Below, in pieces: positions 1-10,025 of a DNA stretch of 64,000 nucleotides. The stretch is from Bacteroidales bacterium (GTDB lineage: Bacteria > Bacteroidota > Bacteroidia > Bacteroidales > WRLA01): the NCBI GenBank assembly GCA_963676725.1, contig OY781463.1, positions 2,786,398-2,850,397 of the forward strand. The letters are read 5' to 3'. A program made the translations under genes and the position numbers. A model generated the notes under the pieces. It was not told the origin of the DNA. It did no database searches and worked only from the letters and a program-made list of their open reading frames with translations. Within the stretch, counting starts at the first letter, position 1; each line of letters opens with the position of its first letter.

Positions 1-1695
1 GAAGAAAATACCTATAAAATCCAATATCGTGTGATGCTTTCGCGATATCGTGGAAAAACCATTTGCCCGGAATGTAATGGCAGCCGTTTACGAAAAGATG
101 CATCCTATGTCAAAATTCAAGGACAGTCCATCACCGATCTGGTACTGAAACCGATAGAAGACCTTTCCGCATTTTTTAAGGCATTAAAACTCGACGAACA
201 CGATAAAAATGTAGCCAAACGCCTTTTGATTGAAATTGAAAACCGCCTGGCATTTCTTGGCGATGTTGGTTTAGGATACCTAACACTCAACCGTTTATCC
301 AATTCCCTTTCCGGTGGCGAATCACAACGCATTAATCTGGCTACATCTTTGGGTAGCAGCCTTGTGGGATCAATGTACATTCTTGATGAACCATCCATTG
401 GGCTGCATTCGCGCGATACACAGCGCTTGATTAAGGTTTTAAAGCGTTTGCGCGATTCGGGCAATACGGTGATCGTTGTAGAACACGATGAGGAAATTAT
501 CCGTGCAGCAGATCATATTATTGATATAGGGCCCCTTGCGGGAAGGCATGGTGGCGAAGTAGTGTTTGAGGGAACATGCAATGAAATGCTCCGTCAAGGC
601 AATAGCCTAACTGCAGAATATCTCAATGGGAAAAAAGAGATTGCTTTACCGGACTTAAGGCGAAAATGGAACGAATACATACTCGTAGAAGGCGCTACCG
701 AACACAATCTAAAACGCCTGAGCGTTAAATTTCCCTTAAATACACTCAGCGTAATTTGTGGCGTCTCCGGATCAGGGAAAAGTACTTTGGTCAGCAAAGT
801 CCTCTTCCCTGCCCTGAAAAAATATATTGGCGCTTATGGCGAGAAAACCGGGGCACATAAACGCATTTCAGGCAGCATCAAACGCGTAGAAGCCATCGAA
901 TATGTCAATCAAAATCCAATTGGCAGGTCTTCACGCTCCAATCCGGCTACTTATGTTGGCGCTTATGACGATATCAGGACGCTCTATTCACAACAAGCAC
1001 TGGCGCGCACACGCTCCTATAAACCGGGCTTTTTCTCCTTTAATGTTCCCGGAGGGCGCTGCGATGAATGCGAAGGCGAAGGCCTGATTAAAATCGAAAT
1101 GCAGTTTATGGCCGATGTTTTATTGCCCTGTGAAAGCTGTCACGGAACCCGTTTTAAAGAAGAAACTTTAGAAATAAAATTCCGCGAAAAAGATGTTTCC
1201 GAATTGCTAAAAATGACCATACTCGAAGCAATGGAATTCTTTAGCGAAGGCAGTTCTACATTGGAAAAACGCATCGTGCATAAATTAAAGCCTTTGGTAG
1301 ATGTTGGCTTGGGCTATCTTCAAATGGGACAAGCCTCCAGCACATTATCTGGTGGCGAAGCGCAACGCATTAAACTGGCATCATTCCTGATTCAGGGCGC
1401 TTCGGCAAGTAAAACCCTCTTTATTTTCGATGAACCAACAACAGGGCTCCATTTCCACGACATCAATAATCTGTTGAGTGCTTTTAACGCACTGATTGAC
1501 AACGGTCATAGCATTATCGTAATTGAACATAATGCCGAAGTGATCAAGAGTGCCGATTGGGTGATCGAGTTAGGCCCCGAGGGCGGTGAAAAAGGCGGAT
1601 ATATTGTATTTGAAGGAAGCCCTGAGGAACTGGCAAAATCAAAAAAATCGCCCACAGCAGCATTGATACGCAAGAAATTGAAAAAAGAGGAATAA
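1..1695 (+). CDS. uvrA: Excinuclease ABC subunit A, 3' part (start lies before the window)
   Basis: CPECNGSRL zinc finger, two LSGGE signature motifs, Walker A GVSGSGKST, second Zn finger CDECEG..CESCHG. Confidence 0.97.
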   Translation, partial: EENTYKIQYRVMLSRYRGKTICPECNGSRLRKDASYVKIQGQSITDLVLKPIEDLSAFFKALKLDEHDKNVAKRLLIEIENRLAFLGDVGLGYLTLNRLSNSLSGGESQRINLATSLGSSLVGSMYILDEPSIGLHSRDTQRLIKVLKRLRDSGNTVIVVEHDEEIIRAADHIIDIGPLAGRHGGEVVFEGTCNEMLRQGNSLTAEYLNGKKEIALPDLRRKWNEYILVEGATEHNLKRLSVKFPLNTLSVICGVSGSGKSTLVSKVLFPALKKYIGAYGEKTGAHKRISGSIKRVEAIEYVNQNPIGRSSRSNPATYVGAYDDIRTLYSQQALARTRSYKPGFFSFNVPGGRCDECEGEGLIKIEMQFMADVLLPCESCHGTRFKEETLEIKFREKDVSELLKMTILEAMEFFSEGSSTLEKRIVHKLKPLVDVGLGYLQMGQASSTLSGGEAQRIKLASFLIQGASASKTLFIFDEPTTGLHFHDINNLLSAFNALIDNGHSIIVIEHNAEVIKSADWVIELGPEGGEKGGYIVFEGSPEELAKSKKSPTAALIRKKLKKEE

Positions 1696-1936
1696 GTTGT
1701 TTGAAAAAGAGCACTACGTACAAAACCCTATAGAGAAACCGAAAAGACCAAGTCCGTACCAAGTCCGTGTCAAGTAGTGGCAAATAAGCACCGCACCGGC
1801 TCATTTTCAAAGCATAAATTCACCATAAAATTCTTTGCTGGGAGCAAAATACCCACTTGGTAGCCGGATAGTATGGGTTTGCTAAAGAATTAGTAGAGCT
1901 CTGAGAGTCTTTATTGCTTTGCTCAAATTTAACAGT

Positions 1937-1961
1937 TAGCGCGGATTTGCAATCCGTGCTA
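1937..1961. repeat. REP-like/terminator palindrome
   Basis: TAGCGCGGATTTGCAATCCGTGCTA imperfect inverted repeat downstream of uvrA. Confidence 0.5.
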
Positions 1962-1978
1962 TATATACAAGATAAATT

Positions 1979-2011
1979 TTATTGATCCGATGACTCCAAG
2001 TCATCGGACAA
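1979..2011. other. attL-like junction
   Basis: TTATTGATCCGATGACT-CCA-AGTCATCGGACAA; arms match those at 42256-42290. Confidence 0.8.
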
Positions 2012-2110
2012 TTAGTTATTTACACTTATCTTATATTATAATAGCTTATAAATCAGGGACTATATTAAATAGTTCGTTATTTATTTTTAGTTAAAGTCAC
2101 TTTAATTCAT

Positions 2111-2140
2111 TAATTAGTGTACCTTTGTGTGTATCATTAA
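2111..2140 (+). promoter_or_regulatory. Putative integrase arm-type sites overlapping a -7 promoter box
   Basis: AGTGTACC..TGTGTATC tandem, mirrored at 42161-42182; TACCTTTG at 2120-2127. Confidence 0.55.
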
Positions 2141-2158
2141 TAATTTTAAAGGAGAAAT

Positions 2159-3427
2159 ATGAATAATAAAAAACTAGTGCTACCCTCTTTGCAAATTGTC
2201 GCTGATAGTACGAGACCGCTAAAAACGGGTGAATTGCCTATTAAGCTTCGAATAACCTATCGTCGCAAAAGACGATATTGGACGATCAATGATATGGATG
2301 GCCTGCCTATGAAGACGGATTTTAAAACAGCCAAAGAGTTCCAGGATTTCAGAAAAACTGCACACAGAAAAAAACAGCTAAAGGCTCTTGTGGAATATTT
2401 AGATGATGTTGAAGTGGCTGCTAGAGATTTGGTGAAAAAAATATATGCTGACAAAGGTGAATTTACTTTTGACGATTTCAAAGAAAATTGGATGGCAAAA
2501 CCAAATCTAGCCCAAGACGATGTAATAGCCGCATTAAAGAGTTATTCAGACCAACTTTATCAAGAAGGGCGTATTAGCACGTCTCGCGTCTATAAGAACT
2601 CAATGAAAAGTTTGAAGCGTTTCACAGGAAAGGACAAGCTTAGTTTTAAGGAGATAACGCCAAATTGGCTTCGTGAATACGAGAACTGGATGACTGAGGA
2701 AATAGAGAATAGTATAACTACAGTGGCAATGTATCTTAGGAGTGTAAAGAAAGTTTTCAATGATGAAATAGCTAGCGGGAAGCTTCCACAAAACTTATAC
2801 CCTTTTGGACGTAGAGGATATAAAATGCCCGAATCCAATAATGTTAAAAAGGCAATAACAAAAGAGCAGGTGATTTCTATAATTGAATATAAAACAAGAA
2901 CGACTTCTATGGAGTATTATAGGGATCTATGGGTCTTTTCATATCTGGCAAATGGAATTAACCCCAAAGACATCCTTCACCTAAAATACAAAACAATAAA
3001 CGACGATGAAATTGTATTCCTAAGGGCAAAAAGCAGATTCAGCCGCCCCAAAGAAATACGGATATCACTACATCCTAAGATTATGGAAATAATTGATAAA
3101 TGGGGGAATGCAGAAAAAAGTCCAGATAATTACGTTTTTCCGGAGATCACTAAAGGCATGACACCAGTCGAAGCTTTTAACCGACAAGAGGCAGTAGTAA
3201 AAAGCATGAATCGGTATATGCTACTCATTGAAGGAGCATTAAAAATTGAAAAGCACATAACCACATACACAGCCCGCCATTCAATGGCAACAGTACTAAA
3301 GCGCACGGGGGCATCGGTTGATCAGATTCAGGAATTTGTTGGCCATTCCACTCCACAACAAACACAGAGATACCTAGATTCATTTGATTTAGAAACAAAA
3401 AAAGAAATGTCTAGAAAACTATTTTAA
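2159..3427 (+). CDS. Tyrosine integrase of the island (arm-binding, SAM-like and catalytic domains)
   Basis: PIKLRITYRRKRRY arm-binding N-terminus; TTYTARHSMAT and VGHS..TQRY catalytic motifs. Confidence 0.92.
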   Translation: MNNKKLVLPSLQIVADSTRPLKTGELPIKLRITYRRKRRYWTINDMDGLPMKTDFKTAKEFQDFRKTAHRKKQLKALVEYLDDVEVAARDLVKKIYADKGEFTFDDFKENWMAKPNLAQDDVIAALKSYSDQLYQEGRISTSRVYKNSMKSLKRFTGKDKLSFKEITPNWLREYENWMTEEIENSITTVAMYLRSVKKVFNDEIASGKLPQNLYPFGRRGYKMPESNNVKKAITKEQVISIIEYKTRTTSMEYYRDLWVFSYLANGINPKDILHLKYKTINDDEIVFLRAKSRFSRPKEIRISLHPKIMEIIDKWGNAEKSPDNYVFPEITKGMTPVEAFNRQEAVVKSMNRYMLLIEGALKIEKHITTYTARHSMATVLKRTGASVDQIQEFVGHSTPQQTQRYLDSFDLETKKEMSRKLF

Positions 3428-3440
3428 TAAATCATATAAG

Positions 3441-4748
3441 ATGGACTTACCGGAAATAAATGAACACGAATTGATGGATTATTTCGATAACTATCAATTC
3501 TTCCCTCTCTTTGAAAAGCACTGGATTATAAAACGAGATGAGTTTTACAAAAAGCATGGTTTTAATGCTGAGTTCTCTAACGAGGAACTGCTTTTTTTGT
3601 TTTTAACCCAAATAAATGATGTATTGAAACTTTATGCAGAGGAAATTGAAGAAATCTGGATTGAGGACTATATAAATAGTATATACAGCCCTGTGTACGT
3701 TTCAAATTTCCCTGACACAAGTAAAAAAGACTTATTATTAACTGTTGATGAAGGAGAACTGAACCAGTTTATAAAGAAGAAAAACTACAGCAACAATGTT
3801 GAAGAATTTGTAAAAGAAGTAGAAAATGAGTATCAGGAACAATTTAACTTGGACGTCAAGCCGATTATTTGCAATAGCCATTATTTTAGGAGTTTCGGAT
3901 TGATTAGGGATATGTTCTATAATCCGGATAACGTGATTACGAAGGAGATGCTCACTGAATGGGCGGGTTACCTGACTGAACTGGCCGTATTGGAGGATCA
4001 GGGAGATACGGAATCAGAAACATATCACAAGATTCAAGATGACATTGCCCACTGTTCCTTTCACACCCAACTCAAGATATTGGCAGCTAAAAATGAAATA
4101 TACCAACAATTTCTCCTTGATGAAAGCGGTTTTGATGCAAGAGGAAAAATATCATTCAATACTGATCAGGGGGGTACAATTTCTTTTGATGTTAAAGCTG
4201 AGTTATTAAATTTTGTACAAGAAGCCACTGGTGAGAACGCATTAATAACAACCAGAGACGTGAAGCCTAGAAGAGAGCAAATGTTTTCTAAGATGAAGGA
4301 AGCGTATGAAGTGAATGAAGACAATAATGACATACCCCCCGATACCATAAAGTCATTAAAAGACCCAAATGTCCTGTTAGATCCTAAAATCTTTGATCAT
4401 ATTGTCGAAAAACTTATTAAAGCAAAACGTCTTAGTAATAAATATGGAAAAATAAAGGTCATAGATTTTGATCTTGGTGAATTAGCCAATCTTATTAAAA
4501 CTTTTAATAATTTAGGGTACTTAAATCCAAAAATTAATTCTCGGAATAAAACGGGCAGAAAGAACCCCGCTGCTTTGACAAACGAGGAAGTGCTCAGTAT
4601 TGCCAAAATGGACTTTAATGAGGAATTACGCATAGATACAGTTAAAAGAAGTAGAGCACTTATCTGCAACGATGACAATCCAAAAGATTGGGTTACGGGA
4701 AAACTAGGCTTAATGAAATGGTCATCACTAGAGCCCTTATTACACTAA
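3441..4748 (+). CDS. Hypothetical protein of the island backbone
   Basis: 435-aa ORF directly after the integrase. Confidence 0.75.
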   Translation: MDLPEINEHELMDYFDNYQFFPLFEKHWIIKRDEFYKKHGFNAEFSNEELLFLFLTQINDVLKLYAEEIEEIWIEDYINSIYSPVYVSNFPDTSKKDLLLTVDEGELNQFIKKKNYSNNVEEFVKEVENEYQEQFNLDVKPIICNSHYFRSFGLIRDMFYNPDNVITKEMLTEWAGYLTELAVLEDQGDTESETYHKIQDDIAHCSFHTQLKILAAKNEIYQQFLLDESGFDARGKISFNTDQGGTISFDVKAELLNFVQEATGENALITTRDVKPRREQMFSKMKEAYEVNEDNNDIPPDTIKSLKDPNVLLDPKIFDHIVEKLIKAKRLSNKYGKIKVIDFDLGELANLIKTFNNLGYLNPKINSRNKTGRKNPAALTNEEVLSIAKMDFNEELRIDTVKRSRALICNDDNPKDWVTGKLGLMKWSSLEPLLH

Positions 4749-4818
4749 TTACACTATTAATTAGTGTATTTAGTGTACTCATAATCAGTAGTTTATGTTA
4801 ATTTGTTTTATATTTTTG
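4739..4818 (+). promoter_or_regulatory. Inverted TACACTA repeats and -7 promoter box upstream of HTH genes
   Basis: TACACTA x2 then TAGTGTA x2; TATTTTTG at 4811-4818. Confidence 0.5.
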
Positions 4819-4847
4819 CAGCAAGAAATTAATAAAAATAAATCAAC

Positions 4848-5186
4848 ATGAACGAAAGCATTATTTTATCCCAAATCACCTTAGATGCTCTTGCCGAAAA
4901 AATAGCATCAAAACTGACTGACCTGATTGGGCAGCCTAAGAAATTGCCTGAGCGCATTAATTCCGAAGAAGCGGCAAAAATCATTGGCTGCAAAGAGAGT
5001 TACCTAGCTCAACTGAGGCATAAGGGAGAAATCCCTTTTTATAAAAACGAAGGGGGACGGATTATTTCTTATAAGCGTAGTGAGATGGAAGCCTACAGAG
5101 ATAGCAAACGTGTTGCTACAAAATCAGAAAGAGTAGAAGCAGCTCATCTTGCACAGGTGCGCAAATCAATTATTCATTCAAATTAA
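4848..5186 (+). CDS. Excisionase-like helix-turn-helix protein
   Basis: INSEEAAKIIGCKESYLAQLRHKGEIPFYK pattern. Confidence 0.85.
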   Translation: MNESIILSQITLDALAEKIASKLTDLIGQPKKLPERINSEEAAKIIGCKESYLAQLRHKGEIPFYKNEGGRIISYKRSEMEAYRDSKRVATKSERVEAAHLAQVRKSIIHSN

Positions 5187-5543
5187 ATGATGATGCGCAA
5201 TCCAAGACAATTAGACGAAGCTATTGAGCTTATCTTTAAAAGATTCAAGAACGACAGCGAAAATAACAGATCGCTTCGCCTTAGGGTCAACGAACTCGAA
5301 GATCAGGTAAAAAAACTATCTGATGTAATCCAATTGGAACAAAAGATATTGTTGCAGCAAAAACAACATCTTACTCTTGAAGAGTTCTGTCTTTATACAG
5401 ACTATAAGAAGGAATACGTATACAAACTTTCATCCGAAGGGAAACTGCCCGGACTAATTTCAGGGAAAGGCGAAAAAATGATGTTCTTACGGAAAACTGT
5501 GGATAAATGGCTTTGTAGAAAAAACAAAAGGAGGGGTCTATGA
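5187..5543 (+). CDS. Excisionase-like helix-turn-helix protein
   Basis: LTLEEFCLYTDYKKEYVYKLSSEGKLP pattern. Confidence 0.85.
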   Translation: MMMRNPRQLDEAIELIFKRFKNDSENNRSLRLRVNELEDQVKKLSDVIQLEQKILLQQKQHLTLEEFCLYTDYKKEYVYKLSSEGKLPGLISGKGEKMMFLRKTVDKWLCRKNKRRGL

Positions 5544-5824
5544 AAAACACCCTCCTATTGTATCTGTCTTGTAGCAAGGACAAAGATACTAAACCATATA
5601 TTCTCAGGCAAGTAAAATCAGAATATTTAATAAATTTCTATGAAAAAGGGCTGGAAGCCTTCAAAAAGGGATTCCCCTTCTTTTCTGATAGAAATATTGA
5701 GTTGCTCTTCAGTAATTGGTTTAATAAAACCTACCTAAAACTTTCAAAAAGCAAGAAAAACCTTATCTGGAAGATCAGCTACACTACTCCTGTTCTCAAA
5801 GTCAAAGAAAGGAGGGGGATATGA
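5540..5824 (+). CDS. Hypothetical protein
   Basis: Overlapping ATGA start/stop coupling on both sides. Confidence 0.6.
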   Translation: MKNTLLLYLSCSKDKDTKPYILRQVKSEYLINFYEKGLEAFKKGFPFFSDRNIELLFSNWFNKTYLKLSKSKKNLIWKISYTTPVLKVKERRGI

Positions 5825-7236
5825 GCCAGCTTACTGAAGCAAAAGCCGATGGCATTGGCCTTGATGATTTGAAGAGCTTAAAAAATCCGGCATTGGCGAA
5901 AAGCAATAAACAGGGAATAAGGAACCCTTTTCCATTAGATGCTTTTCCCATCGCTATACAGCAAATTGTGAACGAACTAAATCGAACACTTAATTTTCCT
6001 GTGGATTTTACAACTTCTGCGATACTTTTTACACTATCTGTTGCTATTGGAAACACTTTTCATGTTGAACTCAAGCCGGGGTACATACAAAATGCTGTTA
6101 TTTACCTGGCTTTGGTGGCAAGAAGGGGCTTTAATAAAAGTCACCCCTTAAGTTTCATGCTAAAGCCCTTAGAAAAGAAAGACAGTGATGCGTTCAATAA
6201 ATACAAAAAGGAAAAACAGGAAGTAGAACACATCCTTAGCCTTTCCAAAGCAGATCGTGAACAACAGGGCTATGATGATACAAAAAATCCGGCTCCTGTT
6301 TGGAATCAATACTTAGTCACTGATTTCACTCAAGAAGCCTTGATTAAAGTGCATAGTATTAACCTAAGGGGCATCGGTGTTTATTTTGATGAACTGATCG
6401 GATGGATTGCTAATTTCACGCGATATAATACGGGTTCTCAGGAGCAATTCTGGCTAAGTATATGGAGTGGAAAATCCGTTCGCGTAAACAGGGTAAACAG
6501 TGAGCCGGAGTTCTTGGAAAACCCTTTCATTTCTGTAGCCGGCACAATACAGCCGGAAGTGCTGGTGGACATCGCCAAAAACAGGAAAGATAATGGGTTT
6601 ATGGACAGGATTCTTTGTGCAATTCGTGATGACATGGATAAAGAACCCCTGAATGACAAGCTGCTGGATCCATCGGTAATGGAAAACTGGGAGAACATCA
6701 TAGAAAACTTACTCTCACAATCAGGAATGCCGGATACGGAGATTGGCAAAACCCTGCCCCGAATACTTAAATTTTCGCCTGATGCAAAAACACTGTTCTT
6801 TGAACATCAGAAACATTTAACGGATTTATCCAATAATCCGGCAAATGAAACCATGGCAGGGATATACCCTAAGATGGAGATGTACACAATCCGTTTTGCT
6901 TTGATCATGGAGCTATGCAAATATGCTTGTGGTGAAATCAGTGCGCCCGAATGTATCAGTATCGACTCTGTAAGGTCTGCCATTAAGTTGTCGGATTATT
7001 TTCAGCAGAACGCTGAATATGTCAATACTGAATTGCTCGAATCAAACCCTGCGGAAAAGCTTAACAAGAACAGCAGGGCTTTTTATGAGGCATTGGATGG
7101 TGTTTGCCAGACAAAGCAAGCGATCAAAAAAGGGAATGAACTGGGCATAGCAGAGCGAACGGTTAAGCGCTTGTTAAACGATAAAAAATTGTTTACAAAA
7201 ATCCAGCATGGAACTTACGAGAAAAATTATTTATAA
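5821..7236 (+). CDS. DUF3987-like protein (replication module of integrative elements)
   Basis: FPLDAFP, degenerate P-loop RRGFNKS, DEL..W, GTIQP, NGFMDR motifs. Confidence 0.8.
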   Translation: MSQLTEAKADGIGLDDLKSLKNPALAKSNKQGIRNPFPLDAFPIAIQQIVNELNRTLNFPVDFTTSAILFTLSVAIGNTFHVELKPGYIQNAVIYLALVARRGFNKSHPLSFMLKPLEKKDSDAFNKYKKEKQEVEHILSLSKADREQQGYDDTKNPAPVWNQYLVTDFTQEALIKVHSINLRGIGVYFDELIGWIANFTRYNTGSQEQFWLSIWSGKSVRVNRVNSEPEFLENPFISVAGTIQPEVLVDIAKNRKDNGFMDRILCAIRDDMDKEPLNDKLLDPSVMENWENIIENLLSQSGMPDTEIGKTLPRILKFSPDAKTLFFEHQKHLTDLSNNPANETMAGIYPKMEMYTIRFALIMELCKYACGEISAPECISIDSVRSAIKLSDYFQQNAEYVNTELLESNPAEKLNKNSRAFYEALDGVCQTKQAIKKGNELGIAERTVKRLLNDKKLFTKIQHGTYEKNYL

Positions 7237-7244
7237 TTAAGCCC

Positions 7245-7458
7245 TTGGCATTATTGGCATTCTTGGCACTTTGGGGGTTAATAAACTAAATAACAGAGTG
7301 TTAATAGTGCCAAATAATTGATGTTTAAATGGCACTTTTGGCACTCTGATAGTAAATTCGTGCCAAAAGTGCCAAAAAAGTGCCAACTTAAAAAAATTAT
7401 ATCTTACTAAAATTCAATGCATTATAGTCAATAGTGTCAATAGTGCCAAGAATGCCAC
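7245..7458. repeat. Iteron-like TGGCAC/GTGCCA cluster, putative origin
   Basis: About 12 TGGCA(C/T) or GTGCCA-like units in opposed groups with AT-rich spacers. Confidence 0.7.
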
Positions 7459-7475
7459 ACCCTAAAATTACAATA

Positions 7476-8639
7476 ATGAACTACAGGTATCAATTAGATA
7501 GAACAAGTAAAAAAACAGTCTGCCCAAAATGTGGGAAAAGACGCTTTGTCCGCTATATAGATATGCAGGAAAATACCTATCTACCGGAAAAATATGGACG
7601 GTGTGATAGACAGGACAATTGTGGTTATCACCTGAACCCATATTCGGACAATTATGGAAAAGACAAGGCAGGATATGAAGCCATAATAATCCCCTCTCCC
7701 ATCGTAATGGAAGATGTTCCGGTTTCTTTTATGGATGATACGACTGCTATGAAAAGCTTGAAGAATTATGGACAGAACTATTTTATCCTTTACCTCAAAA
7801 GCCTATTCCCTGACGATCTTGTGGAGCAATTGGTTCAGGCTTATGAAATAGGAACATCAAAGCATTGGGAGGGCTCTACTGTTTTCTGGCAAAAGGATGT
7901 TTCAGGAAAGTATCGAACAGGGAAAATTATGCTCTATGACCCATTAACAGGGAAAAGGGTGAAAAAGCCCTTCAATCATATATCATGGGCTCATTCTGCT
8001 ATGAAGCTGAACGATTTTCATTTGAAGCAATGCTATTTTGGGGAGCACCTTTTGGGTAAAGAGCCCGAAAAGCCTATTGCTATTGTTGAATCGGAGAAAA
8101 CAGCCATTATTTCTTCTGCGTATTATCCGGAATATATTTGGCTAGGAACTGGTGGTACGAATGGTTGCCGTTGGCATCAATATTCCGTAGGCATGGTGCT
8201 TAAAAACAGGGATGTTTTTCTGTTTCCTGATCTGTCGATTGGCGGAAAAGCTTTTATCGACTGGAAAGAAAAAGCCGAAAAGCTTTCCAGGTTAATCCCT
8301 TCATCTAATTTCTATGTTTCCGAATTGCTTGAAGCAAAGGCTACCGATGATATGCGTAAAAATGGTGCTGATATAGCCGATTATCTGGTGGGTTTTGATG
8401 TGCGTACATTTAATGTACCTAGCGAGCTTAGCGAGACTGATACTTCTTCTGATGCGGCTTCAAGTAGTGAGGAGATTATCGTTGTGCCAAAGCATAAGAG
8501 GACTAAGGACAAGCAAACGAACATCCAAAAGGAAAAGCCAAAACCGACAAATAAATCGGATAGGGAAATCGGGAAACAAACCCGATTGTTCAAATACAAT
8601 CCGGGTGTATTTACACAGAGGTTTTCTCTGATGGAGTAG
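7476..8639 (+). CDS. Primase-like protein (Zn ribbon plus DUF6371/Toprim-like domain)
   Basis: CPKCGK, YGRCDR..CGYH, VESEKTA, LFPD, DIADY; ATG 7476 preferred over GTG 7434. Confidence 0.8.
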   Translation: MNYRYQLDRTSKKTVCPKCGKRRFVRYIDMQENTYLPEKYGRCDRQDNCGYHLNPYSDNYGKDKAGYEAIIIPSPIVMEDVPVSFMDDTTAMKSLKNYGQNYFILYLKSLFPDDLVEQLVQAYEIGTSKHWEGSTVFWQKDVSGKYRTGKIMLYDPLTGKRVKKPFNHISWAHSAMKLNDFHLKQCYFGEHLLGKEPEKPIAIVESEKTAIISSAYYPEYIWLGTGGTNGCRWHQYSVGMVLKNRDVFLFPDLSIGGKAFIDWKEKAEKLSRLIPSSNFYVSELLEAKATDDMRKNGADIADYLVGFDVRTFNVPSELSETDTSSDAASSSEEIIVVPKHKRTKDKQTNIQKEKPKPTNKSDREIGKQTRLFKYNPGVFTQRFSLME

Positions 8640-8685
8640 TGAGATAATTATGATCATAAAATACGAATAGTTAAAACAATGTACA

Positions 8686-8943
8686 ATGGAACAAATTATT
8701 GAAAGAAAAAAATCAATGCGGCAGGAAGAAGTGAGCCAAGCGATCCTTTTCAGGGAAAGTATTCGTGCAATTATTCCAAAAGTTGATCTTGAAGACACAT
8801 CAATTTCGCTGGAGGAAATGTTTTTTGAATGGGTACAGTGCGAAACAGGATACGATCGTTTTGAGCGAAGCCGAACCGTGGAGGCATACCGCGCAATGAA
8901 ACTACTTCTTGATGAAATCTCAAAGGATTATATGCTGCACTAG
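8686..8943 (+). CDS. Hypothetical protein
   Basis: 85-aa ORF followed by a terminator. Confidence 0.6.
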   Translation: MEQIIERKKSMRQEEVSQAILFRESIRAIIPKVDLEDTSISLEEMFFEWVQCETGYDRFERSRTVEAYRAMKLLLDEISKDYMLH

Positions 8944-8971
8944 TTTTTCAATAAAACATTTGAAGCAAAGC

Positions 8972-9005
8972 AAAAGCCACCGGAATTATTTCTGTGGTTT
9001 TTTTT
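8972..9005 (+). terminator. Rho-independent terminator
   Basis: AAAAGCCAC..GTGGTTTT hairpin followed by a T-run. Confidence 0.65.
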
Positions 9006-9296
9006 ATTCGTGTACTATTTTAGGGTGAACAGCTCTTATTTCCATAAAATCCGATAGATTACTACTAATATTCCAATAGAAGACAACAAAAATCGTCTCT
9101 GCGCATCCTTGGAAGAACAAAAGACAACAAAAGTTGGAGGTGGGTTTGGTGTTGGGTTTTGTTGTGGTTTGTTGGGTTTTTGACGGGAAAGGATGGCTAA
9201 GAGTGGCATTGCTTGTTTTTTGAACCGTTTCCTTTTTGAGGGGGTCGACATAGTCCAGAATAATCAGTCACTAACTTGGCATGTTTGAAACTGAAA

Positions 9297-9424
9297 TCAT
9301 TGGTATGGTTTTACCGAAAGAAAGTCCTTATCTGCCTCAACGATCAACCAATCGGTTAGTGGCATAAAGCTCAATTATAAGGTAATAGCAGGAACACAGA
9401 TACGGCTCAATGAAGTAAGCTGGC
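9297..9424 (+). pseudogene. Diverged fragment of the cassette-array recombinase gene
   Basis: Aligns by eye with 10795-10920. Confidence 0.8.
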
Positions 9425-9498
9425 TAAACCCTAATGAGAGATTGATCCACTAAAGAATTTATGCTGAGGCTGTGATAGATTAGAATGCAGCAGAATAT

Positions 9499-9867
9499 TT
9501 AGTTTGTACTTTTCATATATGGTTGCCAATTTACGATTAGGATTTTTTCATGGTCGATTTCAAAATAGCCATACTCATAGCAAAATTTATACTGGTTGTT
9601 CGCTTTGGTTGTGAATGTGTGCGTATGATACCTAAAATCGAAATTTAGCTTCTCAAGATAATCTCTACGAATTGTTGTTTTGCCTTCCGGGTTAAATTGC
9701 TTCAGGATTTTCCGATTGTATCTTAATATTTTATTGATCTCAATAATCGTTTGTTCGCTTTCCCGTTTTATTTTGCTGTTGAAAGTATTGCGACACTGAT
9801 CATCGCAAAATTTCTTATCGGATCTGCCTTTAATGGGTTTTCCACAGGCAGGGCATTTTTTATCCAT
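9499..9867 (-). CDS. Zn-ribbon protein (DUF2116-like), divergent from the recombinase
   Basis: CPACGKPIKGRSDKKFCDDQC motif. Confidence 0.85.
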   Translation of the reverse strand: MDKKCPACGKPIKGRSDKKFCDDQCRNTFNSKIKRESEQTIIEINKILRYNRKILKQFNPEGKTTIRRDYLEKLNFDFRYHTHTFTTKANNQYKFCYEYGYFEIDHEKILIVNWQPYMKSTN

Positions 9868-9904
9868 AATTTCGCAATTATAATTGATTTGTAGATTGTT
9901 AGGG

Positions 9905-9998
9905 CAAATATAGGAAATTCTAATCGTTTTAATAAACGGTTATATCCGACTATAGTCGTTTAATAAAACGCTTACTGCTCAATTGCAGCTTATTTTTG
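9905..9998. promoter_or_regulatory. Divergent promoters flanking chained palindromes
   Basis: CAAATATA 9905-9912 (minus-strand -7 box), TATTTTTG 9991-9998; CG-bounded palindromes 9925-9970. Confidence 0.6.
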
Positions 9999-10025
9999 CA
10001 GCATCGTATCAATAATTAATAAATC

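Noticed and set aside
1748..1775. CCAAGTCCGT tandem repeat
   Set aside because: Only about 2.5 copies, outside the island, no supporting context
1696..2158. tRNA integration target
   Set aside because: No cloverleaf or T-loop motif found; the junction is a palindrome
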